Source: Diplonema japonicum (taxonomy: Eukaryota > Protista > Euglenozoa: Diplonemea). Taken from it: a stretch of DNA of 64,000 nt. The number at the start of each line of letters is the position of its first letter. The stretch's first letter is position 1. Positions 43,035 through 54,559 of this stretch are shown here, piece by piece. Made by a program: the position numbers and the translations under genes. The DNA lies in NCBI GenBank assembly GCA_964019335.1, contig OZ025732.1:186001-250000 (forward strand), given 5' to 3'. The notes below the pieces were generated by a model. That model was not told the DNA's origin, ran no database searches, and saw only the letters and a list, made by a program, of their open reading frames with translations.

Positions 43035-44370
43035 ATGAGCTTCTCGAGGTACATCGGCAGGAAGACCATCGCCAAGGCAGCTGTGCTCTCCGTCTTGTGG
43101 GGTGTGTGCCTGTATTTCGTGGTGATCTCCGTCCCGGGTATGACGTTAAACTGCGTCCGCCGACACATTTGGGTCAACATTCTCTGATGACCAAGCCGTC
43201 TTTTTCCGTTTCTTCTCCCCTTCTCTTTGTTATGTTATTTTCATTATTCTTTCTGGCGATAGACTGATACGGGCCATGGAAGCAACCTCTGCTTAATTCC
43301 TGGTACGTGGGAGGCTCCTCTTGAGGATGTCAGTCACCTTTTCCCTTTTTTACTCGACTCTCTGTTTTCGTATGCAGTATTTATTCTTTCCCACCCCTTT
43401 TTATCTATTTCTTCGCTTCTTCATCCTAACTTAAAACCATTTCAGGTGCCTGTATTTCGTGGTGAAGCTGTCCACAGAGTTCAGCAGCACGGGGCGGAAG
43501 AACACAGCCAATTTGAAAATGGAGAGGGTGAAGACTATGGAACCACCGTTTTTCATGATATCTACCCAGGTGCCGGTTGGAGGGTGCAGGTACAGACTGA
43601 AGAAATGCGAATTTGTACAGGACACGGGCAGCGCGAATTTCACCAGAACAGACTGCAGCCCGGCCGTTCTCGAAAAAAGCTACCAGACAAAAACCTCCCT
43701 CCTCAACGCCACCATAGCCAGGGAGCTGGGCGTGCTGTTCAGCTCTCCATTTGATATGTTGAACCTGCAGTTCGATCTAGTCCACAGTGGGAATAGTTCC
43801 GTGGCGATGAACCCTCAGGCCTGTGGTCTCACAGATCCTGATACACATGAAAGATCACAATTCGTCCTACCCATCGGGGACCATGTGGCCATAGGTGCGA
43901 TTGAGCGGAACGATGCAAACATGGATCTGAACCGGTTCGGTGTGCCTTCGTACATAGGGTACGGGCAGATGGCACACTTCACCTTCTCCCTCGAGCAGGA
44001 GATCTTCATCGGGAGCAGCAAGCCTCAGAACACCACCACGTTCGGACTCTCGCAGTTTCCGAAGTACCCGGACCACAACGAGTTCGAGCTTCGCATCAGC
44101 GCTGCGTCGTTTCTCGTCCGCCGTATTGTTCACAAGGAAGGCCAGTCGCTCATCGACCTCATGGGAGGGATCTTCGGGTGGGTCGGTGTACTCACAGGAG
44201 CGTGTATCCACAGTCTGTTCTCCACCGTTGTCGACATGGCCACGAAGCCCAAGAACGGACGGCAGAAACAAGTTAAAGAAGCCGACGACGAAAGAAGCGG
44301 CTTGAACTATGCCATTCTAGAAGAGGAAAGGTGCAAATCGGTTTCTTCCCTTCCTGTTCACCAGATATGA
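43035..44370 (+). CDS. Two-TM DEG/ENaC/PAC-like channel subunit, interrupted by a 320-bp PLE tail
   Basis: MSFSRYIGRKTIAKAAVLSVLWGV (43035-43105) joins CLYFVVKLSTE (43446 onward), collinear with paralog 46102. Confidence 0.75.
43126..43445 (+). mobile_element. PLE family 1 3'UTR insertion with 20-bp TSD
   Basis: gtgcctgtatttcgtggtga at 43106-43125 and 43446-43465. Confidence 0.95.
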
Positions 44371-44461
44371 GTTATAATTCTTTAGTCCGGTCGATGGCTC
44401 GATAGTCACTAGTTCCATATCCGTTTAAGAAGTTCCATTTTCTTCGGTCGAGGGGTATTAT

Positions 44462-44550
44462 TCGACTCTCTGTTTTCGTATGCAGTATTTATTCTTTTCC
44501 ACCCCTTTTTATCTATTTTTTTCGCCTATTCTGACCTAAAATCATTTCAG
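44462..44550 (+). mobile_element. PLE family 1 3'-terminal fragment
   Basis: tcgactctctgttttcgtatgcag...atcatttcag. Confidence 0.8.
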
Positions 44551-45989
44551 GTACCACGTTTTTTCGTCGCAGCTAACCAGCGTTATTCAAAGAAGAAAAA
44601 GAAAAAGGTTAGGTTTTAGTTTTTTTTTTTTTTTTTTTTTCTTGGGAAGAATTCAAAGAAGCCCTCTCCCTCTCACCTTCCTCTCCTTTTTTTTTTTTTT
44701 TTTTTTTTTTTTTGCTTGAACAAGAAAGACAATATAATTGATGAATTATTATTGCTAAGAAGAGCAGTGGTAGCATTGATGGGCTTATCCTTCTACAGCT
44801 TAACCCCCCGGCTGTGCACAAACAACAATCAACTGATTCTTTTTTATTATTACGTCGGACCCTGGTATTTTTTTTGAAAGGGTGGTCCTCAAGCGGGATG
44901 TTCCCTTAAACATCGCCTTTTATGTTGATTGCACACGGTTCTGAGACAAGGTGGGTCAAGTTTTTTTTTTCAACTTATACAGGGCGCCGCCAACACCGGC
45001 CTCCTTTAACTCATATATATATATATTTTTTTTTTTTTTTCTTGTTTTTAACAATATTATTGTCGAGACTAAAAAAAAACTAGTTGATGGCAGCGTAATG
45101 AGCTATTTTATTTAAAGAAAATGTCAAGGGTTGAGTTCGATCTAGGGAAGGCCAAGTGGACAGACGTCGAGACATCAAACACGGCCGCAACTGTGTGTTC
45201 TTCCCCTCGTGCGCACAAACAAAATGAAGCGCCAAACTAGTTTTTTTTTTTTTTATTTGGAGATGAGAACAAGGGGGCGTCTCACAAAGGTTACCCGTGC
45301 GCGTTGTCTTTTTTTTTTTTTCTCAGAAAAATAAACTCCCTTGGATGAGGTAAATACCTTATTAACTCCTCCCCGGTTTTTAATTTAATGAAACCACCCC
45401 CCCCCCCCCTTCTTTTTTTTACCATTGTTTTCTTTTTTTTGCATTTGAGATTTTACTCTTTGTGCAAAGAACACAATTTTGTATCAATTTGAAGGGGAGG
45501 AAAAAAGAACCGAATTTCTATGCCCCCCCCCTCCCCCCACTGGGCTATGCTGACAAGAAACGGGGAAATGTTTCCAAGGAAACGTTTCCGTTTTCCGTTT
45601 TCCGTTTCCTTATTTCTATGCTCCCCCCCCCCCCCCCCCCCCGGCTATCTAACTTTCTGTTCTCACTGCTTGTTCTAGTTTAAAGCAGAAATCTGTTTCT
45701 TTTTTTATTTTATTTTATTTTTTTTTTACGGTTTTCTGTACTCCTTGTTTTTCGGGGGTAATTGAAACTTGAAACCTACTCCTTTCTTCTGCTTTGTTTC
45801 TTTTTTTTTTTTATATAAGTATTTTGTGTTTTAACGAAGCACTGCTCGAGTTCTGCTTACTTTTCTAGAGCAGAAAAAAAAAGAAAAAGAGCAGTGTGGC
45901 TAGCATGCAGTATTTATCCCAGCAGGATTCCTATCGTGTGCACAATACAAAAAAAAAGAAGAATGCTGTTACAGCATTTTTTTTTTCTT

Positions 45990-46032
<43 letters not shown>

Positions 46033-46101
46033 CGTACAACGGCATAATGAAAAACAAAAAAAAAAAAAAAAAAAAAGCAAGAAAAAAAAAAAAAAAAAAA
46101 G

Positions 46102-47118
46102 ATGGGGTGCGCAAAGTACATCACACGGCAAACGGTTTTGAAAGCCACCGTTCTCTCCCTGCTGTGGGGGGTCTGCGTCTACTTCGTTGTGAAGCTCAGC
46201 CACGAGTACCAAGAAACAGGGCAGAAGAACACCGTGTCTTTTAGTATTATAAGAGAAGACGCAATGCAACCACCCTACATGCTGACCGCCACAAGGGTCC
46301 CGAGAGACGTGTGTAGGTTCAAACTCAACAGGTGTGAATTCACAAAGGATTCCGGCAGCGTGAACTCTTCTGTGATAAATTGCAACGCTGCTGTATCCGA
46401 CAAAAAGTACACTATAGAAACGTCACTTCTGAACGCGACGAAGGCGAGGGAGCTGGGGGTGTTGTTTAAATCCCCTTTTGACGACCTGACCCTGTTGTAC
46501 GACCTGGTGTACGTTAAAAACGGTACCTTGGCGTCTCCCAAGGCATGTGGGTTGGTTGACCATACTAGCGTCGCTCGCGGTCGTGAGACGGAACTGGCAC
46601 AGTTCGCCGTTCCCATAGGTGATCAAAGTATAGTAACATCTATTGAGACCAACGACCCAGACCTGGACCTCAGGCGTATAGGTGTGCCTTCGTACATAGG
46701 GTACGGGCAGATGGCACACTTCACCTTCTCCCTCGAGCAGGAGGTACTTATAGGTGCCCCTGCTCAAAATACGACTAGGTTCGGTTTATCGCAGTTTCCG
46801 AAGTACTCCCAGCAAGATGCTCTCGAGCTTCGCATCAGCGCTGCGTCGTTTCTCGTCCGCCGTATCGTTCACAAGGAAGGCCAGTCGCTCATCGACCTCA
46901 TGGGAGGGATCTTCGGGTGGGTCGGGATCCTCACAGGTGCGTGTATCCATAGTTTATTCACCAATGTAGTCGATATTGCCGAGAAGGCCAAGAAGGAGAA
47001 AGAGAAACAAGCTCGCAAAGCAAAGAATAAAGAAGTCTTTGAAAACCTCGGGGAGGCGATGGTCCCCCTGAAGGAGGTTCCTTCTTCTCTCCCCTCAGTT
47101 GCCATTTACCACATATGA
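46102..47118 (+). CDS. Two-TM DEG/ENaC/PAC-like channel subunit (intact paralog)
   Basis: N-terminal TM, Cys-containing ectodomain, TM2 LMGGIFGWVGILTGACI in register with ASIC-type LLGDIGGQMGLFIGASI. Confidence 0.75.
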   Translation: MGCAKYITRQTVLKATVLSLLWGVCVYFVVKLSHEYQETGQKNTVSFSIIREDAMQPPYMLTATRVPRDVCRFKLNRCEFTKDSGSVNSSVINCNAAVSDKKYTIETSLLNATKARELGVLFKSPFDDLTLLYDLVYVKNGTLASPKACGLVDHTSVARGRETELAQFAVPIGDQSIVTSIETNDPDLDLRRIGVPSYIGYGQMAHFTFSLEQEVLIGAPAQNTTRFGLSQFPKYSQQDALELRISAASFLVRRIVHKEGQSLIDLMGGIFGWVGILTGACIHSLFTNVVDIAEKAKKEKEKQARKAKNKEVFENLGEAMVPLKEVPSSLPSVAIYHI

Positions 47119-48799
47119 CCACTTTCCTTTTTTTTTTTTTTTTTCGAACTTTGTTGTCTCGAAGATCCTCCTGGTTACATTAGGGGACCAGCTATGGCTA
47201 CACTGCTGCCCCTTTTATTCTTTTTTTTTTTCTTTTTTTTTTCAGTTCGTGAAAATTTGGATGGGGTCGGGTGGGCGTTTTCAAAAGGTTTAAAAGAAAA
47301 AGAGAAAAGAAAAAAAAAAAGAAGACAGGAGTGACGGCTCGTGTTCTGGGCTACGAAACTTCTGCTCCCTCCCCCCCTTTTTTTTTGGAACAAGTAAACA
47401 ATCTTTTGAAAAAGAAATGTTACTTGCAAAAGAAGAAAAAAAAGGAAAATGAATAAAGAAAGAAGAAAAGAGTAAATCCGAGCTTGTCCGGTTTAGTCTC
47501 TACTTTAGGGGTGAAGACGGTTTGAACACTTAATCAATTAAACCTACCTTTTCTTTTTTTCCTTTCTCTTCTTTCCTTTTTTTAAGGACACGACGCGGAA
47601 CGCAGAAGCTACAGCTAGGCCCCTGTAATCAGGTATACGATGCTTGTGCAGGGCGCCCTGCCACATACTGCAGGCACCTTAAATAGTCTCTTTCTTTCTT
47701 TCTTTCCCCCCTTCTTCTAGGTGCCTGCGGCTCTCACGCGGAGTTTGCATGTAGCATCGACTTTTTTTTCTTTCTCTTATTTTCTTTCATGATAAAAATA
47801 AAAAAAAGAAAAAGAAAAATTGTAACAAGAAACCCTGTCGTTTACTGCCCTCCCCTTTTTTTTCGCTCATCCCCCCCCCCCCCCCCATTCTTTTCCTTTT
47901 TGCTGAATGAGACACAACTGGTTTGGTTTTACACCTTCTGTAAATAAAATAAAAATAAAAATAATGAAAAGAAAGAAAGAAAAGGATCTGCAATCCCGTC
48001 CTCCTATATTTTTTTTAGTCAGCCGTAAGACGAGTCCCAGGCACAAATTGAAAAAGAAAAGAAAAGAAAGTGTGAGGATACTGAGGCTCCGCAAAGCGAC
48101 TTTCTACGATAGAAATGCCCCAAATGCACGACTTTAATAGTTGTTTTTCTTTTTTGTTACTTTGACGTTAAAAAGATCGATTTTTTTTCTTCTTCCCCGG
48201 CCACCTATCTTGTTCCTATCTCCGGTCAAAGCGAGCTTCAAGAAGAGGCCCTGTTATACTTCATATTTTCTGTTCCTTCCTTTCCTCACGTTTTTTTTTT
48301 TTTTTTCTTTTTCATTCTTCTTAAAGCAGCCAAGCTGAGGCCGGCTGGACCACAAAGAGGAAAAAGGGAACAAGACAGGAACGGAGCTCTGGGAGATACT
48401 TTTCGCGTTGATAAAAGGACACCACTTCAACGCCCTTTCCCTGACCGACCCCAAAAGAGCAATTCAATTCGGCATTTTCGAAGAATTGAAGAACGCCCGC
48501 AAACCCGCATGGCGAGATGCCGAAAAAAGAGCAGCAGGCCCACAGGCAATGGACAATTTTTCTTTTTTTGCATGGACAAGAAATACAATATAAGAGTAGT
48601 GGTAGCATTGCTGGGCTTATCCTTCTACAGGTTAACCCCCCGGCTGTGTACACAACAAGCTATCGACTCTTTTTTGCATAGCCGTCGACAGGCACCCAAC
48701 CCACGGGCAAGCTGCAGTCTGACGAGACCGGAAAGGTACCTCTCTGAGGAAAAAAAGAAACACAGGAGATATTGAAAGAAACCAAGAAAAAGACAAAAT

Positions 48800-49880
48800 C
48801 ATGAAACGAAGCGAAGGACCATCGGCAGACGCTGCAGGCGAGGCTCCCCACCTCTGAGACCATCAGCATTGAGGCAGTGGCTTCGGAGGAGATGAAGAAG
48901 GTGAAGGAGAGGATCGCATCGATGGGAGGGTTGGATGTGGACATCTTCACCCTTACCTTCGACGGTGTAGCGGTGGCGGCGGCGGCTGCTGACGACGGCG
49001 GTGGACAGCTTGTCGGAGGTCTTCCTTTTGAGGATGGAAGCATGCTTGAAGTGGTGGTGTGCAAGAGGCAGGCGGCTCTGTTGAAACTCTCTGGGGATCA
49101 AAGTGGGAAGGGACTTGTACGGAGTCTTACGTGACCTTGCAGATACGATTGACGAGGGACAAGATAATTGAAAGCTGTTCAGGTCTGGTCAGGGAGAACA
49201 AGATGTGCGAGGTTGTGAACCTTCTCCTGGATGCTAAAGTGAGCGGTGGGGAGGAAGAAGCCCTTCACATGGCGTAGGGAGCATTCTACGTTTTCTGTAC
49301 TTCTGAAGCACAACGCTGTGAATGCGAGAGACAGGGAAGGAAGGACGGCTCTTCATAACGCTCGCGCCTCTGCTGTACACCTGCTTCTTAAACACAAGGC
49401 GGACATCGAGGCAAAAGACAACAAGGGAAGAACACCCCTTTTCACTAATGGTTTAGAGGTGGTGGAAGCACTTCTTGAGCACAATGCTGATGTGAAGGCA
49501 AGGGACAATGAAGGGAACACGTGTCTGCACAACGCTGTTAGAAATGGTTGGTTGAGGTAGTTCCTGTTCTGCTGAGACACAATGCAGATGTGACGGCAAG
49601 GAACAATGAAGGGAAGACGGCTCTCGATCTTGTCCCCTCTGTTGATGATGATGATGATCGTGGTGGTGACGCGTGTAATGCGATGCGATACCTGTTGGAG
49701 ACTTCTTTGCTGGTTTAAAGGTAGCTGAAGCACTTTTTAAGCACAATGCTGATGTGAAGGCAAGGGACAATAGAGGGAACACGTGTCTGCACTACGCTGT
49801 TGAAAGAGGTTGGTTCGAAGTGTTGCCTGTTCTGCTGAGACACAATGCAGATGTGAAGGCAAGGAACGATGAAGGGAGAC
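48800..49880 (+). pseudogene. Ubl-ankyrin pseudogene
   Basis: Ubl and ankyrin segments with several frameshifts and deletions. Confidence 0.8.
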
Positions 49881-49889
49881 TGCATGAGT

Positions 49890-50472
49890 TCTCACGATTT
49901 GAGTCCTTTGCAGAATATTCAGTTCGTTGGGGACCGGTTTCTCTATTTTTGCGCTACTCTGAAGACTGTTGATCTGAGCCCCCTGCGCAATGTCACCACT
50001 GTCGGCTCCTCTTTTCTCGCCGGCCTCAGATTATTGACTTCTGTTGATCTGAGTCCTTTGCAGAATGTGACCAGGATGGACCACTGTAGTTTCATGTCTC
50101 ATTGTGCTTCTTTAAGATCTATCGATCTGGGCCCCCTGCACAACACCTTTACTTCTGCATCCCGGGTGGACCATTTTCTCAAGGAATGCAAAGCTCTAAC
50201 GACTGTGGATCTGGGTCTTTTGTGGAACGTTCAGTCAGTTGGCGATGGTTTTCTCCACAACTGCGAGTCTTTGAAAACAATTGATCTGAGCCCCCTTTGC
50301 AATGTCACCACCGTCGGCAGGTGTTTTCTTTCAGGGACCCCAGTGGAACACAGAGAGGATGTTGTGGAGTTCTCCAGACTACGGGCTTCAGTTGCGGCAA
50401 CCTGTAAACGTGAAGCTGCTCCTGTGAGGAAGGAACAAAAGAAAAGTAAAGAGTGTTGCATCGTTTTCCTGA
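49890..50472 (+). pseudogene. LRR 3' fragment, paralog of 3998-4810
   Basis: Same LRRs; ends KSKECCIV then an extra T removes the stop. Confidence 0.75.
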
Positions 50473-50694
50473 GGACACTGACTGAACAAAACAAGTCATC
50501 CCGGGCTACTGTCACCCTCCAACATCCACACAGACAGTTGCTTCTTGGGTGACGATTACGATTTTCTTTTGTTCCTTTTATTCGAATGCAGTATGGCAGG
50601 ATGCTGGGTTTTATATCCTGAAAAAGAGCTACAAGCCACACGTCACAACAGAGAGAACGCTCGAACACGGCGAAGCACTTCGACACCCACCCAT

Positions 50695-50754
50695 TCCTTT
50701 CCACCCCTTTTTATCTATTTTTTCGCTTCTCTATTCTGACTTAAAAACATTTCA
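50695..50754 (+). mobile_element. PLE family 1 3'-terminal fragment
   Basis: ccacccctttttatctatt...acttaaaaacatttca. Confidence 0.7.
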
Positions 50755-51560
50755 CCCACCCCTATCACTGAAGCACACCTCATGAGCAGTGTGGAAAAGA
50801 AGCCCCCCCCCCCCCCCCCCACCCACCCAAACGAACGTTTCCCCACCCCAATAACGTGATCAAAAGAAGAAGAAAGAGTACTGAGGTCCGGCACCCGCAG
50901 GGTAGCCAAAGAAAACGAAAAAAAAGAAAAGAAAAAAGAAAAGTGCAAAGTGCCAAACAACCAGCAAAGCTTGTGGAATGAGAGTACCCGGGCAGCTAGT
51001 GGGTGCGGCCTTAGCAGGTCGAAAAAAAAAAGGTATATATACTAGTTCACTGTGCACCGAGTAGTTCCCCTTTGAGTTGTTCTTTTTGAGCTTTCTTTTG
51101 TTTTGCGAGAACGCTCATCGTGGACATCGGGAAGAAGAGCTGCACACACCCTTTCTTCAAGGTTCGAGAGAAGGATTTCCTTGCTTTTTCAGGATGCATG
51201 AAGCCCATCTATTTATTTTTATTTTTATTTTTCTTTCTTTCAGTGTTTATGTGAGCCCCCTTTCGCAGTGTCGTCTCTTTTCTCTGTTGGTCCTTACAGG
51301 ATGTGGCCAGAATGGTTAGGTTTTTCATTCTTTACTTTTTCTTGAAAAAACTAGTTTGGCGCTCCAGTTGTTTGTGCGCACGAGCGGCGTTGAATCGACG
51401 AGCCCACCGACTAGCCGTATACCTAGCAAGCTATTCAAAAGGCAGCAGGTAGAAAACAAATCAAGTGTAAACAAATAGAAAGAAAAAAAAAAGAAAAAAA
51501 AAAGGAAAGAAAGAAAAAATAACATAAACCCCAACAACCCTCTTCCCCCATGTGCATCAA

Positions 51561-51591
<31 letters not shown>

Positions 51592-51694
51592 AAGAGAAAA
51601 AAAAAGAATCCCGAGGACTGGAGGAAAAAAAAAAGAAAAAAAAATTAAAAAAAAAAAAGAAAAGCCATTAGCCAACTGTGGAAAGAGAATACCC

Positions 51695-51815
51695 TGCTAG
51701 AACAATAACACAGGCCGACACGAAAGCACGAACGTCTCAACACACTTCCGTTGGCTCCACACAGCCCCTGGCTAGACCAAGAGGAGGTGGAATTTAAAAA
51801 AAGAAAAAAAAAAAA
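51695..51815 (+). repeat. Poly(A)-tailed dispersed repeat
   Basis: tgctagaacaataacacaggccgacacg...gaggtggaattt(A)n also at 56688-56800. Confidence 0.65.
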
Positions 51816-52349
51816 GGGAACGTTGGCAACGTGTTTCGGGTTGACAAACTTCTCCAGGTTTTACCCGGCACGTACAAACAAGACAGCCGTGCAGTTCCCT
51901 TTTTAGTTTGGTTCAAGACCAATGCGGTTTACGCGCTTTTACTTTAATTTTGCCCGGACCCTCTCTTCAAAAAAAAAAAAAAAAGAAAAGGAACAAAAGG
52001 AATGATTCACTTTACATTTAGAGGGGAGGGGGGAGGGCGTTTTTTATATGGACCGGCACGTACAAACAACGGCCAGTTCCTCTTTTGCAAGAACGAGTCT
52101 TTGACTTGTCTAAACAAAAAAAAAGAAAAAGAATACTGTAAATCTTTACACAGGAAGACGCCTTGCAGCAACGAATGTTTAAGACGCGCGGATGTTTCCC
52201 CTCCCCCTATTTTCCTTTTTTATTTTTTATTTCTTAGCACCATAATCTGAAACGAAGAAACAAACAACAGGAATAAAGGGGGGAGGGAGAGGGAAGAGGG
52301 GAGGGAAGGGAAAAAGAAAAAAGAAACACACACAAGCTCAAAGAAAGAA

Positions 52350-54095
52350 ATGGCATCGAGATCCCAATCAAACGGAAGACGATCGAGCTCGCAGCCCGGG
52401 TCGTTAAGGAGAGTAGCAGGAGGTTCACTATCGTCACCGTCACTCCACGCACGGGAGCCCAACGTCACAGCGCTGGATAAGGGAACCACAGGAACGAGCG
52501 GGAGCGCGGGCAGAGTAGTGCTGGCTTTCATGATAGGATGCTTCGGTACGTTCATGCTGACGAATCTGATGAAAGAGGACGAGATGCAACTAACGTTCAA
52601 ACGGATGAAGGACAGGAGCAGCACGGCATCGAACAGGCCAACCTCACAGCAGCCCGAGGTCATCGAGGTTCTAAACCTCCTAGTAGCACTTGACCTCGAG
52701 GAGTACTCACCACTCATTGTGAAGAACAAGCTCACTCTCCGCGAGCTTTCCGGAAAGGACCCTGGCAACCCCGAATCCATACCAGGGATGAAACCATTTC
52801 ACATGAGACGGCTGGTTACAGAATCCAAGAAGCGAGCCGGATCAACTCTGAACAACTCTCCGGGGGTCGAAGGCAGCGACGACAGGGAAATGGAAGATGT
52901 TCCGAACCCGCCGCTTACCAACGCTGCGGCAGCAACAACTGCAATAACACCGCAGCCGGCGGCTGCAACTGTTTCGACTGCGAAGCCGCGGATGCCAGGG
53001 GGAAGGGTACCGCCGTTGACCCGACCGACACTGGTGCCGATTCCAAAGCCGTCCCCTACACCGCCGCCTACATACGCACCGTCTGTAAAGGACACCAAGA
53101 TCTGCGAATCTCTGGAAAGGTCGAAGGCACTGAGAACACAGTGGAACAGAGTAACCCACCACAGCCCCGTCAAAGTAAACGGCACGCTGAACGAGATACC
53201 AGCGTGTGTTGACACCGTCGTGGCATCAGCCGCCAAGACATCACCATTACAGGACACCGATTGGACAACTGAGAAGCACCCCGTTCTGAAGCCAGCAGGG
53301 GAAGGTCGTTATGCAACACAACAACTCACACTGCTGAAGGTGAAAGAGCTTCGCAGAAAGGGTGTCGTGGAACAGATGTACATAGATCACGATTTGAAAT
53401 TCGTGTACTGTGTGATACCAAAGGCGGGCTGCACTACTTATAAAGCTTGGGTCCTCAACAACGCGGGTTTGTTCAAAGGCGGCAATGTCCACAACCGTGA
53501 GCTCTACAACAAGAAACGGATTCAAAACGGGCAGTACGTCACGGACGAAGAGATGCTGGAGATTTTGAACGGTGGGAAGTATTTTAAATTCTCCATCACC
53601 AGAAACCCTTATACCAGGGTGCTGGCTACGTATCTAGAGCGATACCATCAGTGTGAGAAGCAGGTCAGGCGTACCAAGAATGAATGTGACATGTGGAAGC
53701 GAGCCCTCATCAACAGGCAGACTGCCTCTAACCACAATTTACCTAGAGACAATAACACCTTCACAGAGTACCTTCAGATCATGAAGGACAACCCCACTCA
53801 GGAAGTTGATTTTCGCAACGCGCACTGGGTGTCTGGTGTACAGGTGTGTGGGCTGGACGAGTTGATATATGACTGGCTTGGGTATCTTGAGAATTCTAAT
53901 GACCAAGAGCTGCTTTATACCATTACTGGGAGGAAGGCCGTTCCCAAGGAGAAGCAAGGTGGTCTGAGGCACTCCGAAGGGACGGCAAAGAAACTTTCCC
54001 ACTACACGGAGCGGGCTAAGCAGCTTGTTGACGAGATTTACAGGAATACCGACATAAGCAGATTGGGATACTCCCCTGTCCCCGGGATGCCTTGA
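52350..54095 (+). CDS. Type II membrane carbohydrate sulfotransferase (Sulfotransfer_2/CHST-like) with SAM-like domain
   Basis: TM VVLAFMIGCFGTFML; 5'-PSB FVYCVIPKAGCTTYK; 3'-PB FSITRNPYTRVLATY; AHW motif. Confidence 0.88.
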   Translation: MASRSQSNGRRSSSQPGSLRRVAGGSLSSPSLHAREPNVTALDKGTTGTSGSAGRVVLAFMIGCFGTFMLTNLMKEDEMQLTFKRMKDRSSTASNRPTSQQPEVIEVLNLLVALDLEEYSPLIVKNKLTLRELSGKDPGNPESIPGMKPFHMRRLVTESKKRAGSTLNNSPGVEGSDDREMEDVPNPPLTNAAAATTAITPQPAAATVSTAKPRMPGGRVPPLTRPTLVPIPKPSPTPPPTYAPSVKDTKICESLERSKALRTQWNRVTHHSPVKVNGTLNEIPACVDTVVASAAKTSPLQDTDWTTEKHPVLKPAGEGRYATQQLTLLKVKELRRKGVVEQMYIDHDLKFVYCVIPKAGCTTYKAWVLNNAGLFKGGNVHNRELYNKKRIQNGQYVTDEEMLEILNGGKYFKFSITRNPYTRVLATYLERYHQCEKQVRRTKNECDMWKRALINRQTASNHNLPRDNNTFTEYLQIMKDNPTQEVDFRNAHWVSGVQVCGLDELIYDWLGYLENSNDQELLYTITGRKAVPKEKQGGLRHSEGTAKKLSHYTERAKQLVDEIYRNTDISRLGYSPVPGMP

Positions 54096-54150
54096 AAAAA
54101 AAGAAGAAAAAAGAAAATTGGGGGTGTGGGAGGGCGGGGGGGGGAGGGGT

Positions 54151-54190
<40 letters not shown>

Positions 54191-54559
54191 AAAATAGTGA
54201 TAATGAAAAAAAAAAAGGAAAAAAAAAAAAAAAAAAAGAAAAAGAAAACGAGACTCACTTTTTATCTATCATCCCTTCTCTCTCCCCCCTCCGAACACCG
54301 AAAGAATTTGGGAGAATTTTGTTTTAAGGTTTTATTTTTTAAAAATGGTGTTTTTTTTAACTTACCCCCCCCCCCCCCTCCCGGAAGAGAAAAGAACAAA
54401 GATGAAAAAGGGAAGGGGGGGGGGGGGGGGGACAAGAGGGAGTTTCAAGGAAAGAAAAGAAAAAGGAGGGTTAGAGATAGAAGCTCTCTCCCCCTCCTTT
54501 ACCTTTTATCACTTTTCGTCTTAAGGATCTTTTTTTTTTTTTTTTTTTTTTTTTTCCGG

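Noticed and set aside
48354-48593. Short protein-like ORF
   Set aside because: No recognisable motif; probably a transposon remnant
48719-48737. Hammerhead 5' half CTGACGA-GACC-GGAAA-GGT
   Set aside because: Truncated before GAAA and stem III; cannot be supported
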